A DNA stretch of 34,499 nucleotides from a bacterium (GCA_030605785.1 JAUWHS010000099.1:1-34499); one strand, 5' to 3'; numbered from the stretch's first letter, positions 17,073 through 27,326 are shown. The notes: generated by a model not told the origin, from the letters alone. Made by a program: numbers and translations.

Positions 17073-18087
17073 AACACTTACAAACTTTTGTATTTTATTT
17101 TTATTAACATTAGAAACTATTTATCCATTCATAATCCAAGTCGATAAGTTAGAAAAGACAGGAAAAGAAATTATTTTATATTCAGATTTCCATCTTCCAG
17201 AATTAACAAAATCTAAAATAAAACAAAAAGAACAAAATAAAAAAATCAAAAAAACTTTAAAAAATTCCCAAAAATTAACTGTACTCTTTGAAGGCTACAA
17301 ACAAGATCAAAAAAACAAATTTTCTCTTCAACAAATTCAAAGAAGTAAACACCTAGCGACACCGGCCTACCTTGATATTTTAACTCAAACCTTAAACAAC
17401 AAAAATGTAAGACTTATTCCGTGCGATCCTCGCAAAAAGATAAATGACACCTTTTTAAATACAATAAAAGCAATAGATATTTTAAGCCAAAATCAAATAG
17501 AAGATGTTATCGAAGGAACAGCTAAAATAAAAAAACTAAATAGATATGAAAAAAATCAATTAAAACAACTAGAAAAAAGTTGTCCAACTCTCAAGCAAAT
17601 TTTCAATGATATAAATAAGACTAAAAATAGTTTCTATCAACAAACGCTAAAAAATGTTTATGAGAAAAAATACAATTCTATTATCAAAAAACCTATAACA
17701 TCTATTGTTTCGAAAATCTTGCAAAAACATTACACGTTAATTGAAAAACCATATTTAGACAAATTAAAAGTTGTAACAAATAACCTCTTTTCTATTTATG
17801 AAGAAAGTTTTGACCTGTTTGTTTTAAAACTTTTATCAAAAATCAAGGAGAATAAAAACAACAAAATTCTTGTTGTTGCCGGTCAGGAACACATTGAAAA
17901 ATTAAAAAGAGAGCTTTTAAATATCGATTATAAAATCAAAAACGAAATTTATGACAATCAAACAATAAAATTTGTCCAAAATTTGGAGGATCAACTTGAA
18001 GACGGAAGTTTAACCGATATCAACAAACAACTTGAAGAAAAAACAAACATGTTAAAAATTCCGGATGAAGCTTTTCAAACAATCTAA
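17050..18087 (+). CDS. Hypothetical secreted protein, putative TIKI/TraB/ChaN/EreA-superfamily fold
   Basis: Hydrophobic N-terminus; IILYSDFH, VLFEG, PCDPR and ILVVAGQEH motifs; paralogous to the next gene. The start overlaps the HEPN gene and is uncertain. Confidence 0.6.
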   Translation: MLRYSSHKTLTNFCILFLLTLETIYPFIIQVDKLEKTGKEIILYSDFHLPELTKSKIKQKEQNKKIKKTLKNSQKLTVLFEGYKQDQKNKFSLQQIQRSKHLATPAYLDILTQTLNNKNVRLIPCDPRKKINDTFLNTIKAIDILSQNQIEDVIEGTAKIKKLNRYEKNQLKQLEKSCPTLKQIFNDINKTKNSFYQQTLKNVYEKKYNSIIKKPITSIVSKILQKHYTLIEKPYLDKLKVVTNNLFSIYEESFDLFVLKLLSKIKENKNNKILVVAGQEHIEKLKRELLNIDYKIKNEIYDNQTIKFVQNLEDQLEDGSLTDINKQLEEKTNMLKIPDEAFQTI

Positions 18088-18215
18088 AAATAAAGACTTT
18101 TCAGACTGTTAATAAATTTTACAATTATAATTCGTTTGATACTATACAACAAAAGGAAAATACGATTAATGGTGGTAGAATAAAAAAACGCATTACAATT
18201 TTAATAGGACAAAAA

Positions 18216-19175
18216 TTGAAAAAACTTTTATTTATATTGTTTTTATTTCAAACATTCGCAACTAACATAAAAAGTCGTATCATCCAGGCGCATTATCTAA
18301 AAAAAGAAGAAACTCCGGTCATTTTATATGGCGACACACATCTATGGGACAAAGAGATTATAGAAGAACAAGCAAAGTTGATAGAAGAGCAAATTTTATC
18401 ACAACCAAATGTCTCAATCATCACGGAAAAACCATTAACAGAAAAACCGGATGTTTTATCTACAATTCCAATTTTCTATTTCCTGGTAGAAAAATCAAAA
18501 ATGAACAAAAATATCATTTGCATCGAAAGCCGAACTTTTTTAGAAACTTATTCAATAATTGAAGACGCATTACATGCGTTTGACTATCACACGGAAACAG
18601 GTTCCCTGGAAGAATTCAAACAAAGTGGCAGAGTTAAAAATCAACCGAATTTACAAAAAACTTTCTTAGTTTTTCTCTCTGAAATCGAAACCATTTTAAA
18701 AGATTTGGCAACGGAGTTTTTCGAAACGCTAGATACAACCGTTTTATCTGACAAATCTAAACAAATTTTAATTGAAAACTTTATTGAAACAAAAAAGAAT
18801 ATTTTAGATTTCATAAATAATTGGAATCAAACTTTTGAACAAAACAATCTGTTAACAAAGCCAATAATTGAAATAATGACCGGATCTTTCAATCTCGAAG
18901 AAAAACCTGAAATTGAGTTAATTAAAAAAATGAATAGCAAAATAGTATCCGCAACATGCGCAATTTTAGATTTTAAATTATTAATTGAAGTTATTAAACA
19001 ATTTAAAACAAACAAAAAAATTGCTGTCTTCGCGGGATGCAATCACATCGATAATTTAATTAAAATTTTAGAATCAACTGGATTCACAATCCAAGAAGAA
19101 AAAAGAAATCCACATAAACCTGGCGTTTGGGTAGAACCGGTAGACACACAAACTTTTGGTTGGATCACAAATTAA
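18216..19175 (+). CDS. Hypothetical secreted protein, putative TIKI/TraB/ChaN/EreA-superfamily fold (paralog)
   Basis: TTG start with AGGA upstream; signal peptide KKLLFILFLFQTFA; VILYGDTH, IITEK, CIESR and IAVFAGCNH motifs. Confidence 0.65.
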   Translation: MKKLLFILFLFQTFATNIKSRIIQAHYLKKEETPVILYGDTHLWDKEIIEEQAKLIEEQILSQPNVSIITEKPLTEKPDVLSTIPIFYFLVEKSKMNKNIICIESRTFLETYSIIEDALHAFDYHTETGSLEEFKQSGRVKNQPNLQKTFLVFLSEIETILKDLATEFFETLDTTVLSDKSKQILIENFIETKKNILDFINNWNQTFEQNNLLTKPIIEIMTGSFNLEEKPEIELIKKMNSKIVSATCAILDFKLLIEVIKQFKTNKKIAVFAGCNHIDNLIKILESTGFTIQEEKRNPHKPGVWVEPVDTQTFGWITN

Positions 19176-20954
19176 CTATTCTTTTATCGCAACATCTAAA
19201 CCTTGTAACTCAATATTAACTCTTTCGTTCCATTCATTTCTAACAACATGAGCCGCAACATCAAAGGTTTTCTCACCAATATTAGAAAAAACATCAAATA
19301 GATCCGGTCGATTAAAAAATATTAAACTCTTAATTATTCCCTGAGAAAAAACGGAACATTTTACATGCTGATCTTTTAATAACTGCGGTTGACGCAATAA
19401 TGTTAAATCTTTTATTAAAAAAGCAGGCTGCGCGTTTTTGTTTCCAAATGGTTCAAGTTGATCTAAATCAAAAAGTAATTTTTGCTTCATTTCCGGAAGT
19501 TCTAGCTCCGCATCAAGATCAATCTTTGGAGAAAGGTCTTCAAAAGTTAATTCTTTCGCGATTTTATTTTCAAGTCTTTCTTTTAATTTTGGTAAATCTT
19601 TTTGTTTTAATTTCAAACCGGCAGCATGTGAATGACCGCCAAAACTTAAAAGTAAATCTTTATTTTCATTTAAAGCGTCAAAAATATTAAACTCAGGAAT
19701 TGATCTACAAGAACCCTTCACTATTCCTTTTTTATCAAGATGAAATAGAAATGCAGGTTTGCCATAATTATGCGCCAACTTTCCGGCAACAAGTCCAATT
19801 ACTCCTGAAGGCCATTGAGTATTAGCGGCAACAATTATGTTTTCTTTTTCCAAATTAATCTGTTTTTCTAAAATCGCGTTTTCAATTTCAAGATAAATTT
19901 GTCTGTCTATCAATTTTCTTTCTTCGTTAACTTTTTTTAAAATAAAACTGATTCGTTCAACTTCAGGTTTTTCTGAACTTATCAAAAACTTTACAGCGTC
20001 TCTTGGATCATCCAATCGCCCTAAAGCATTTATTTGAGGAGAAATCATAAAACCAACATCTAAAGAATTTATTTTTGATTTGTTTAATCTACTATTTTGC
20101 ATTAAACAACTTAAAGAAAGACTTCTTTTTTTATTTACAACAGACAAACCGTACTGAACCCAATATCTATTTTCTCCAATCAATGGAACAACATCGGCAA
20201 CAGAACCAAGCATTAAAAGTTCATAAATTTTTTCGGGTAAAGTTTTACCAATTTGTTTATAAAGCAAACTAATAATTTTAAATGACACTCCAACACCGGC
20301 TAGTTCCTTGAAAGGATAAGAACAATCTTTTTGATTTGGATTTACAATCGCTAATGCTTCAGGCAACTTTTCTTGTTCTCTATGATGATCTGTAATTATT
20401 AAATCTATTCCTAATTCACTCGCCTTTAGCGCCGCGTCAAAAGCGCTAATTCCATTATCAACCGTGATTATAAGTTTATAATTATTTTCAGCCGCTTTTT
20501 TTACAAATTTGGTAGAAAGACCGTAACCATCTTTTACTCTATTTGGTAAATGAAAATTAATATTCGCGCCAAGAGGAAGAAGAGAAAGAAGAAATACTGA
20601 TGTTGAAGTTATTCCATCAACATCATAATCACCAAAAACTAGAATTTTTTCTTTTTTTTCGATTGCGAGCAAAATACGCTCAACCGTTTTTGTCGCGTCT
20701 TTGAATAAAGTTGAATCAAAAACATTTTGTTCATAAGAAGAAAATAAAAAAGATCTAATTTGCTCTGTTTGAGTAAAACCTCGAGAGTATAATACTTGAG
20801 CAATTGCGTAACTCAAATTATTATCATAAGCAATAGATCTTATTTTTGCCGCGTCTATATCTTTAATGCGCCACAAAAACTTTTTGCCTTGAATTTTTGT
20901 ATATTCTTCTTTTTTGCGACGTTTTAAAACTTTTTTTATATTTTGTAAATTCAT
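19176..20954 (-). CDS. recJ: Single-stranded DNA exonuclease RecJ
   Basis: FGDYDVDG, ITVDNG, ITDHH, ADVVPL, INALGRL and FGGHSHAAG (DHH/DHHA1) motifs; LEPFGNKN. Confidence 0.95.
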   Translation of the reverse strand: MNLQNIKKVLKRRKKEEYTKIQGKKFLWRIKDIDAAKIRSIAYDNNLSYAIAQVLYSRGFTQTEQIRSFLFSSYEQNVFDSTLFKDATKTVERILLAIEKKEKILVFGDYDVDGITSTSVFLLSLLPLGANINFHLPNRVKDGYGLSTKFVKKAAENNYKLIITVDNGISAFDAALKASELGIDLIITDHHREQEKLPEALAIVNPNQKDCSYPFKELAGVGVSFKIISLLYKQIGKTLPEKIYELLMLGSVADVVPLIGENRYWVQYGLSVVNKKRSLSLSCLMQNSRLNKSKINSLDVGFMISPQINALGRLDDPRDAVKFLISSEKPEVERISFILKKVNEERKLIDRQIYLEIENAILEKQINLEKENIIVAANTQWPSGVIGLVAGKLAHNYGKPAFLFHLDKKGIVKGSCRSIPEFNIFDALNENKDLLLSFGGHSHAAGLKLKQKDLPKLKERLENKIAKELTFEDLSPKIDLDAELELPEMKQKLLFDLDQLEPFGNKNAQPAFLIKDLTLLRQPQLLKDQHVKCSVFSQGIIKSLIFFNRPDLFDVFSNIGEKTFDVAAHVVRNEWNERVNIELQGLDVAIKE

Positions 20955-20961
20955 TTAAAAG

Positions 20962-22467
20962 TTATTCTTTAACCTTTTTCAATGTTGGAAACAAAATAAC
21001 ATCTTTAATTGATGTTGTATTTGTAAGAAGCATTACCAAACGATCAATTCCTAAACCAACACCAACAGTTGGAGGTAGCCCGTATTCTAAAGCTTTTATG
21101 TAATCCGCGTCGTAATGATGGGCTTCATCGTCACCTTTTTCTTTTGCGCAAGATTGAGATTTAAATCTTTCAGACTGATCAAATGGATCATTTAACTCTG
21201 TAAAACCATTCGCGATTTCCATTCCCGCAACAAAGAGCTCAAATCTTGCCGCAATATTTTTATCATTTGGATCACGTTTAGCTAATGGTGAAATTTCAAT
21301 AGGATAACCTACAACAAAAGTTGGTTGGAGAATTTTAGATTCTACTTTTTCTTCAAATAAAACAAAAAGTTTTGCTCCATAAGAATCTTGTCCTTTTGGA
21401 ACTTCTATTTCTAAATCTTTGAATAATTTATCAATATTATTCTCTTCAATTTGTTTTTCTTCAAAGCCACCAATTTCAATCAATGATTCTTTTACTGTTA
21501 ATTGCTTAAATGGAGCGGTAAAATCTAAAACATCATCCTGAAATTCAACTTTTAAATTTCCACAGTTTTTTTGAACGGCATCCTGAATTAAATCCGCTGT
21601 AAGTTTTATGCCATCCTTGTAATCCCCATGCGCCATATAAAATTCAAGCATAGTAAACTCAGGATTGTGACGAGTTGAAACACCTTCATTTCTAAAATTT
21701 CTGTTAATTTCAAAAACTCTTTCAATCCCGCCGACTACCAATCTTTTTAAATAAAGTTCCGGCGCGACTCTTAAATAAAGATCCATATCATAAGCGTTAT
21801 GATGCGTAACAAAAGGTCTTGCTGTAGCTCCACCGGGAATTGGATGAAGCATTGGTGTTTCAACTTCCAGAAAATCCTTATCCAATAAAAATTGACGTAT
21901 TGATTGTACAATTTGTGAACGTTTTTTAAATTTATCTAAACTATCCGGATTACTTATAAGATCTAAATAACGTTGACGATAACGAGATTCAACATCGGTT
22001 AAACCATGAAATTTTTCCGGCAATGGATAAAGACATTTACTCAAAAGAGTAAAATCATTAATACGAAGAGTAATTTCACCCTTTTTAGTTTTAAAGGATG
22101 AACCGGTAAGCCAAATAATGTCTCCGGTATCAATATATTTTGAAAAGAAAGAAAATTTTGCTTCTCCAAGAATATCTTTTTTTATATAGATCTGTAATCT
22201 ACCGGTTCTATCCTGAATATGAGCAAAAATGGTTTTTCCATGCTCACGAACAGAAATTAAACGACCGGCAACTTCATATTCTTTTTCAGAATCAGGATCA
22301 AATTCATCCAAAACCTGCATACATGTTACGCTTACGGCTTTGAATTGAGGCCAGGGATTAATGTCTTTCTTTTCTAATTCTTTAACTTTTTCAACTCTAA
22401 CTTTGTTTTCACTAGAACTAAATTCTTCAAAACTTGGCTCACCATTTATTTTTTTTTCGTCACTCAT
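20962..22467 (-). CDS. lysS: Lysyl-tRNA synthetase (class II)
   Basis: [35 protein letters not shown] and [12 protein letters not shown] motifs. Confidence 0.97.
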   Translation of the reverse strand: MSDEKKINGEPSFEEFSSSENKVRVEKVKELEKKDINPWPQFKAVSVTCMQVLDEFDPDSEKEYEVAGRLISVREHGKTIFAHIQDRTGRLQIYIKKDILGEAKFSFFSKYIDTGDIIWLTGSSFKTKKGEITLRINDFTLLSKCLYPLPEKFHGLTDVESRYRQRYLDLISNPDSLDKFKKRSQIVQSIRQFLLDKDFLEVETPMLHPIPGGATARPFVTHHNAYDMDLYLRVAPELYLKRLVVGGIERVFEINRNFRNEGVSTRHNPEFTMLEFYMAHGDYKDGIKLTADLIQDAVQKNCGNLKVEFQDDVLDFTAPFKQLTVKESLIEIGGFEEKQIEENNIDKLFKDLEIEVPKGQDSYGAKLFVLFEEKVESKILQPTFVVGYPIEISPLAKRDPNDKNIAARFELFVAGMEIANGFTELNDPFDQSERFKSQSCAKEKGDDEAHHYDADYIKALEYGLPPTVGVGLGIDRLVMLLTNTTSIKDVILFPTLKKVKE

Positions 22468-22551
22468 AATTTTTCCAGGAATATAAAAAGCTATAATTAT
22501 AAAAATAGAAACATTAAGCTAGCATTAATCCGCAATATTGGCAATTTAATG

Positions 22552-22863
22552 CTACTTTATAAGACAAACTTTTTCATCCGGCAAAGCCATCTGTAAATCT
22601 TGTCGAGCCATCTTTTCAATCATAAAATCACTGTTTTGCCACAAATCAATCTTTGATTTTAAACCATCAATGTCTTTAACTAATTTCGCAATTTTTTGAT
22701 TTTCAAGATTTATATCTTTCTGTAAGAATCGATAATACAAAAAACCTTTATCACCCCAAATAAACGATTTCGCGAAAACAAAAAACAATAATAAAAAAAT
22801 TAATGTTTTTAAAATTTTCTGAAAAGTCCAAAAGTTATTCTTTCTACTAAACTCTCTTCTCAT
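22552..22863 (-). CDS. Septum formation initiator family (FtsB/DivIC-like)
   Basis: Single TM helix, WGDKG, coiled coil, and IEKMARQDLQMALPDE; ATGA overlap with rapZ. Confidence 0.78.
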   Translation of the reverse strand: MRREFSRKNNFWTFQKILKTLIFLLLFFVFAKSFIWGDKGFLYYRFLQKDINLENQKIAKLVKDIDGLKSKIDLWQNSDFMIEKMARQDLQMALPDEKVCLIK

Positions 22864-23792
22864 TCTTTTCCTAAATCCCTATGCTGAACCAAAAATCTCA
22901 CCTTATTCCATTTTTGTCGCGCAATTCTTTCAGCAAATGCAACCGAACGATGCTTGCCTCCGGTACAACCAATAGCAACGTTAACAAAAAACCTACCCTC
23001 TTTATAAGACTTTTCTATAGAAAATTCTAAAAAATTAACTAAACGTATCCAATAATCCTTAACATCAGAATTACTAAACAAATAATTTTGAATCTCATCA
23101 GTTCTTCCATCAAACTTTTTTAAATCAGGAACGAAATAGGGATTTGGCAAAAAACGAAGATCGTAAACCATACTACTTTCAGTCGGAACACCATACTTAA
23201 AGCCAAAAGAAATAACATTTACCAATATTTCCTCTTGAGATTTTACAGAGAAAGAATTTTTTACCCATTTTCTTAAATCATGAATATTAAATTCATCAGT
23301 ATCAAGAACAATTTCAGACATACCCATTATTGGTTCTAAAAGATCCTTCTCTTTTAGTATCGCGTTTAAAAGAGAAACTCCGCGATCGGCTAAAGGATGT
23401 TTTCTCCTCGTTTCCTGAAAACGTCTTACCAAAGTTGTATCACTCGCGTTTAAAAAAATTATTTTAAATTGAACGCTTTCATCTTTTTGCTGACGCAATT
23501 TATCAACTTCTAAAATAAAATCGCTTAAAAATTGTTGCCCTCTCGCATCAATACCTAAAGCGACTTTATGCAAATTACTTTGTAATTTAAACGCTAAATG
23601 GAAAAAAGTAGAAAGTAGTGGAACAGGAAGATTATCAACACAATAAAAACCTAAATCTTCTAGCCCTCGCATAACACTGGTTTTTCCAGCTCCGGAACAA
23701 CCTGTAACAATTAAAATTGTTCTGCTTAACTCTAAAGGCAAAGAAGAATTATCGATTTTATTTTTAGAATAGTTTTTTTCTGTTGCTTCCAT
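22860..23792 (-). CDS. rapZ: RNase adapter RapZ/YvcJ-family P-loop protein
   Basis: TGCSGAGKT, CVDNLP, RRFQETRRKHPL, SFGFKYG, DLRFLPNPYF and GCTGGKHRSV motifs. Confidence 0.93.
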   Translation of the reverse strand: MEATEKNYSKNKIDNSSLPLELSRTILIVTGCSGAGKTSVMRGLEDLGFYCVDNLPVPLLSTFFHLAFKLQSNLHKVALGIDARGQQFLSDFILEVDKLRQQKDESVQFKIIFLNASDTTLVRRFQETRRKHPLADRGVSLLNAILKEKDLLEPIMGMSEIVLDTDEFNIHDLRKWVKNSFSVKSQEEILVNVISFGFKYGVPTESSMVYDLRFLPNPYFVPDLKKFDGRTDEIQNYLFSNSDVKDYWIRLVNFLEFSIEKSYKEGRFFVNVAIGCTGGKHRSVAFAERIARQKWNKVRFLVQHRDLGKE

Positions 23793-23965
23793 AAGACTTC
23801 GTCAATTTAATTTTTTATCGTTTAAAATATAAAAAAAATATATCATGTGAATATAAACTTTTCGATTCAATTGGCGCAAATGTTTTAAATATCCGGGCAA
23901 AACGTAAATTATCCAGCACAAACGAAACAGTAATATAACAAACATATAAAAAAGGAGAACAAGAA

Positions 23966-25468
23966 ATGAGGAAAACAACTTTTTCTATTGCTTTAATTCT
24001 TATTGGATTATCTTTCATAAATTTTACATTTAAAAAAAATAATCAAACTCAAACAGAAGAAGAAACAAAACAAAAACAGGAAAGTGAAAAAAGCGCGTAT
24101 CAAAGTTTTAGAACAATGGCTGAAGTTGTAAGCCTGGTACAAGAAAAAGCTTATAAAGCGCCTGAAAACATTTCAAATGTTTTAGAAAACGCGTTAAAAT
24201 CCGCAATGCCAAATATTGACCCGCATACAGCTTTCTTCCCTAAGGAAAGTTATCAATCCACAATGGAATCTACTTCCGGACAGTTTTCAGGAATAGGAAT
24301 AAGCATTATAAGTAAAACTTCAGAAGATGACGCTTTAGGAATAATTGATGTAATTCAAGGTGGACCGGCGGAAAAAGCCGGTTTAAAAGCCGGTGATAAA
24401 ATAATAGAAATAGAAGGTAAAAAATTAAGAGGCCTTTCCTCAGACGAAGCAATTGCTGAAATAAAAGGCAAAATAGGAACAGCAATCAAATTGAAAGTTA
24501 TAAGAAATAAAAAACCATTAGAATTTAAAGTAAAAAGAGACACGATCAAAGATCAAACTTCATTTTGTTTTCATTTTAAAAAACCAAACATTTACTATTT
24601 AGGTCTTAAAATATTCGCAAACACTTCCGCAAAACAAATGTCCGAATTATTGGCAAAAGCAAACGCCGGAAAATCCAAAGGAATAATTCTTGACGTAAGA
24701 AGAAACCCCGGAGGAATTTTAGAATCAGCAGTTGATATGACAAGTCTATTTGTAGACAAGAATTCACTTGTAGTTTCAACAAAAGACAGAAACAATAAAA
24801 CAACTGCCGAATATAAAACAACAAAAGATCCAATATTGAAAAGCAGGATACCAATCTTTATTTTAATTGATAATTTCACAGCATCGGCATCCGAAATTTT
24901 AGCCGGAGCTTTAAGACATTACTCTGCCCAAAATAAAAAAAATAATCTTATAGTTTTTTTAGTAGGAACTCCAACTTTTGGAAAAGGTTCAGTTCAGGAA
25001 GTTATTCCTGTAAGTAATGGAAGCGCGCTAAAACTAACCACAATGCTTTACTACCTTCCAAACGGAGAAACAATCCAAGCGCTAGGAATAAAACCTGACT
25101 TTACAATAAATCCTAAAATAACACCCGCGGAAGAAATAAAGTGGATAGAAGATTTGTATGGTAAAGAAGCATCGTTAAAAAATTATATTGATCCCCAAAA
25201 AACAGAAAAACAAACTGAAAACAAAAAAGATAAAGAAAATAAAGAAGATAAAGAGAAACCTGAAAAAAGTTGGGAAGAAAAAAGAATAGAGGCAATAAAC
25301 AGCGATATTCAAATACAAGCAAGTATTAATATGATAAATATGCTTGATTTAGCCAAAAAACATACACCTAAATTAGTCGCGACAAGAGATAAGGCATTAG
25401 CTTTTTTAAAAGAAAATTTTGTTACAGATGACCCAATAGAAATGGAAGAAATCAAGGTTAAAAGTTAA
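23966..25468 (+). CDS. ctpA: Carboxyl-terminal processing protease (S41, PDZ)
   Basis: DPHT, FSGIGI, PDZ GGPAEKAGLKAGD, DVRRNPGG, TASASE (Ser) and TFGKGSVQ (Lys); GGAG RBS. Confidence 0.92.
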   Translation: MRKTTFSIALILIGLSFINFTFKKNNQTQTEEETKQKQESEKSAYQSFRTMAEVVSLVQEKAYKAPENISNVLENALKSAMPNIDPHTAFFPKESYQSTMESTSGQFSGIGISIISKTSEDDALGIIDVIQGGPAEKAGLKAGDKIIEIEGKKLRGLSSDEAIAEIKGKIGTAIKLKVIRNKKPLEFKVKRDTIKDQTSFCFHFKKPNIYYLGLKIFANTSAKQMSELLAKANAGKSKGIILDVRRNPGGILESAVDMTSLFVDKNSLVVSTKDRNNKTTAEYKTTKDPILKSRIPIFILIDNFTASASEILAGALRHYSAQNKKNNLIVFLVGTPTFGKGSVQEVIPVSNGSALKLTTMLYYLPNGETIQALGIKPDFTINPKITPAEEIKWIEDLYGKEASLKNYIDPQKTEKQTENKKDKENKEDKEKPEKSWEEKRIEAINSDIQIQASINMINMLDLAKKHTPKLVATRDKALAFLKENFVTDDPIEMEEIKVKS

Positions 25469-25515
25469 TTTTCCTTAAAAATCATTAAATTTTGATGTAA
25501 AACAAGAAAAACGCT

Positions 25516-25543
25516 TTGATTTTTATTCTTTTACTCTTATAAT
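25516..25543 (+). promoter_or_regulatory. Sigma70-type promoter of tRNA-His
   Basis: TTGATT-16 bp-TATAAT, ending 13 bp before the tRNA. Confidence 0.6.
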
Positions 25544-25556
25544 AACAACTCTATAT

Positions 25557-25633
25557 GGTGGATGTAGTTCAATCGGTAGAGCACCAGATTGTGATTCTGG
25601 GCGTTGCGGGTTCGAGTCCCGTCATCCACCCCA
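25557..25633 (+). tRNA. tRNA-His (GTG), with genomically encoded G-1 and CCA
   Basis: Acceptor GTGGATG/CATCCAC; anticodon arm CCAGA-TTGTGAT-TCTGG; T-loop TTCGAGT; C73 discriminator. Confidence 0.97.
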
Positions 25634-25661
25634 AAATTTGTACTTTTTACAATTTTTTTGA

Positions 25662-25690
25662 TTGCAATACATTTAAATCACTTGTAAAAT
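25662..25690 (+). promoter_or_regulatory. Candidate sigma70 promoter of tRNA-Pro
   Basis: TTGCAA-17 bp-TAAAAT. Confidence 0.45.
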
Positions 25691-25749
25691 ATGACTATAA
25701 AAATTTGAAATTTATCTAAACATCCATCGAAAAAGATTCAAAATAATGT

Positions 25750-25825
25750 CGGGGCGTGGCGCAGTTGGTAGCGCACTCGCTTTGGGAGCGAGGGGTCGCC
25801 AGTTCGAATCTGGCCGCCCCGACCA
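25750..25825 (+). tRNA. tRNA-Pro (TGG)
   Basis: Acceptor CGGGGCG/CGCCCCG; anticodon arm CTCGC-TTTGGGA-GCGAG; TTCGAAT; ACCA end. Confidence 0.97.
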
Positions 25826-25882
25826 GTCTACGCTCGATGAGCGCAAGCGCTATCGAGCTACGCCTGGCGCGGCCAGTTTTTT
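25826..25882. repeat. GC-rich palindromic (REP-like) element and possible terminator after tRNA-Pro
   Basis: GCTCGAT/ATCGAGC and AGCG/CGCT stems; CTACGC direct repeats at 25828 and 25858; followed by a T run. Confidence 0.55.
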
Positions 25883-25922
25883 AGTGGACTTTTTTCACCT
25901 TTAATTGAAATTATATTACAGT

Positions 25923-25999
25923 GTGCCCGTAGCTCAGTTGGATAGAGCAACGGATTTCTAATCCGTAGGTCACAGGTTCAAGTCCTGTCGGGCATGCCA
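25923..25999 (+). tRNA. tRNA-Arg (TCT)
   Basis: Acceptor GTGCCCG/CGGGCAT; anticodon arm ACGGA-TTTCTAA-TCCGT; TTCAAGT; GCCA end. Confidence 0.97.
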
Positions 26000-26017
26000 T
26001 TTTGAAATAAACTACAA

Positions 26018-27160
26018 TCACTTCAACCTTCGAACACACGCCTTTTTCTTAGTTTTGTCTACTTTCATAATTTTTTTTGGTGTGCTTTCAATCAAGATTT
26101 TTCGCTTTTCAAGTTCAGCTTCAATTTCTTTTGTCGTTGGCAAGCTTCCCTTAAGTTTTTTTGGCAACGATTCAACAAGCTTTGTTTTATAACTTGCTAT
26201 GCCTATAGGTTTATTGATATCTCTTAACGCATATTCTGCTACATAATTATCTTTTGTTTTACATAACAACAAACCAATTGTTGATTGATCTCCAGAACGT
26301 CTCAATAAACTATCAACAGCAGAAAGATATAAATTTACTTGACCCAAATTTCGTGCATCAAATTCTTCTGCTTTTAATTCGACAACAATAAAACACCTCA
26401 GTGTTATGTGATAAAAAAGCATATCAATAAAAAAATCCTTGTTTCCGACAGTTATAGGATATTGTCTGCCTATAAAAGCAAATCCTTGTCCCAACTCCAG
26501 TAGAAATTTTTGTATGTGCGACATTAGCCCCAATTCGATTTCCCGCTCTCTTGCCTTCTTGTCAATGGTTAAAAAATCGAAGCTATAAGGATCTTTAAGA
26601 GTTTGTACGGCAAGATCCGAATAAGATTCAGGCAAAGTTACTTTAAAATTGGTGATCGCTTTTCCTTGACGACTATATAGATCTGATTCAATCCACATAG
26701 CCAAAGAAGCTCTACTCCATCCATTTTCAACTGTTTGTTGTACGTACCAAAGCCGCTGGTCATTGTTTTTAAGCTTTTCCAGGATAGTTATATTGTGTCC
26801 CCACGGTATTTGCGCAACAGCTGTTGCACAATTGATTTCCTTATAACAATCTGCAAACTTGCGCATGTACTTTAAATTACGTATCGAAAAACCTGCAATG
26901 CCCGGAAAACTCTTTCCCAGGTCATGCGCAAGTTTTTCTACTACTTTCGTTCCCCAACCTTCAGTCTTCATTTTTTTTGAAATAGTTTTCCCAATTCTCC
27001 AATAGAGTAAGATTAACTCTTTTGTTACAGACAAGGCAGCTTTTAATTGTGTTTGCAGAATGTCTATCTTTATATTTTCAAGAAGTTTTACATATTCCTT
27101 AACCGCCGTATCATTTACCTTTGATGAAATCTTTTTTGATATTTTTTTCTTATTCATCAC
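26018..27160 (-). CDS. YhcG/DUF1016 PD-(D/E)XK nuclease-domain protein
   Basis: LYWRIG, WGTKVVEKLAHDL, GFSIRNLKYMRKFA, QIPWGHN, KDPYSFDFL, FLLELGQGFAFIGRQ, IDMLFYH...VVELK motifs. Confidence 0.92.
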   Translation of the reverse strand: MMNKKKISKKISSKVNDTAVKEYVKLLENIKIDILQTQLKAALSVTKELILLYWRIGKTISKKMKTEGWGTKVVEKLAHDLGKSFPGIAGFSIRNLKYMRKFADCYKEINCATAVAQIPWGHNITILEKLKNNDQRLWYVQQTVENGWSRASLAMWIESDLYSRQGKAITNFKVTLPESYSDLAVQTLKDPYSFDFLTIDKKAREREIELGLMSHIQKFLLELGQGFAFIGRQYPITVGNKDFFIDMLFYHITLRCFIVVELKAEEFDARNLGQVNLYLSAVDSLLRRSGDQSTIGLLLCKTKDNYVAEYALRDINKPIGIASYKTKLVESLPKKLKGSLPTTKEIEAELEKRKILIESTPKKIMKVDKTKKKACVRRLK

Positions 27161-27296
27161 TTACCTTTATTTTTTTACTCATTGATTCACTTCAATTTCT
27201 GGATACACATTTCCATCACCATCAAATAATCCTACAACATCCTGAAGCAAAGCCACCAGTCAATCAGATTCTCAATATTAACAAATTTTAAAAAAT

Positions 27297-27326
27297 TTGA
27301 CTCTTGATTTTGTCTTAACATATACT
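27297..27326 (+). promoter_or_regulatory. Candidate outward-facing promoter at the right end of the island
   Basis: TTGACT-18 bp-TATACT, just before attR and pointing into the GIY-YIG gene. Confidence 0.35.
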
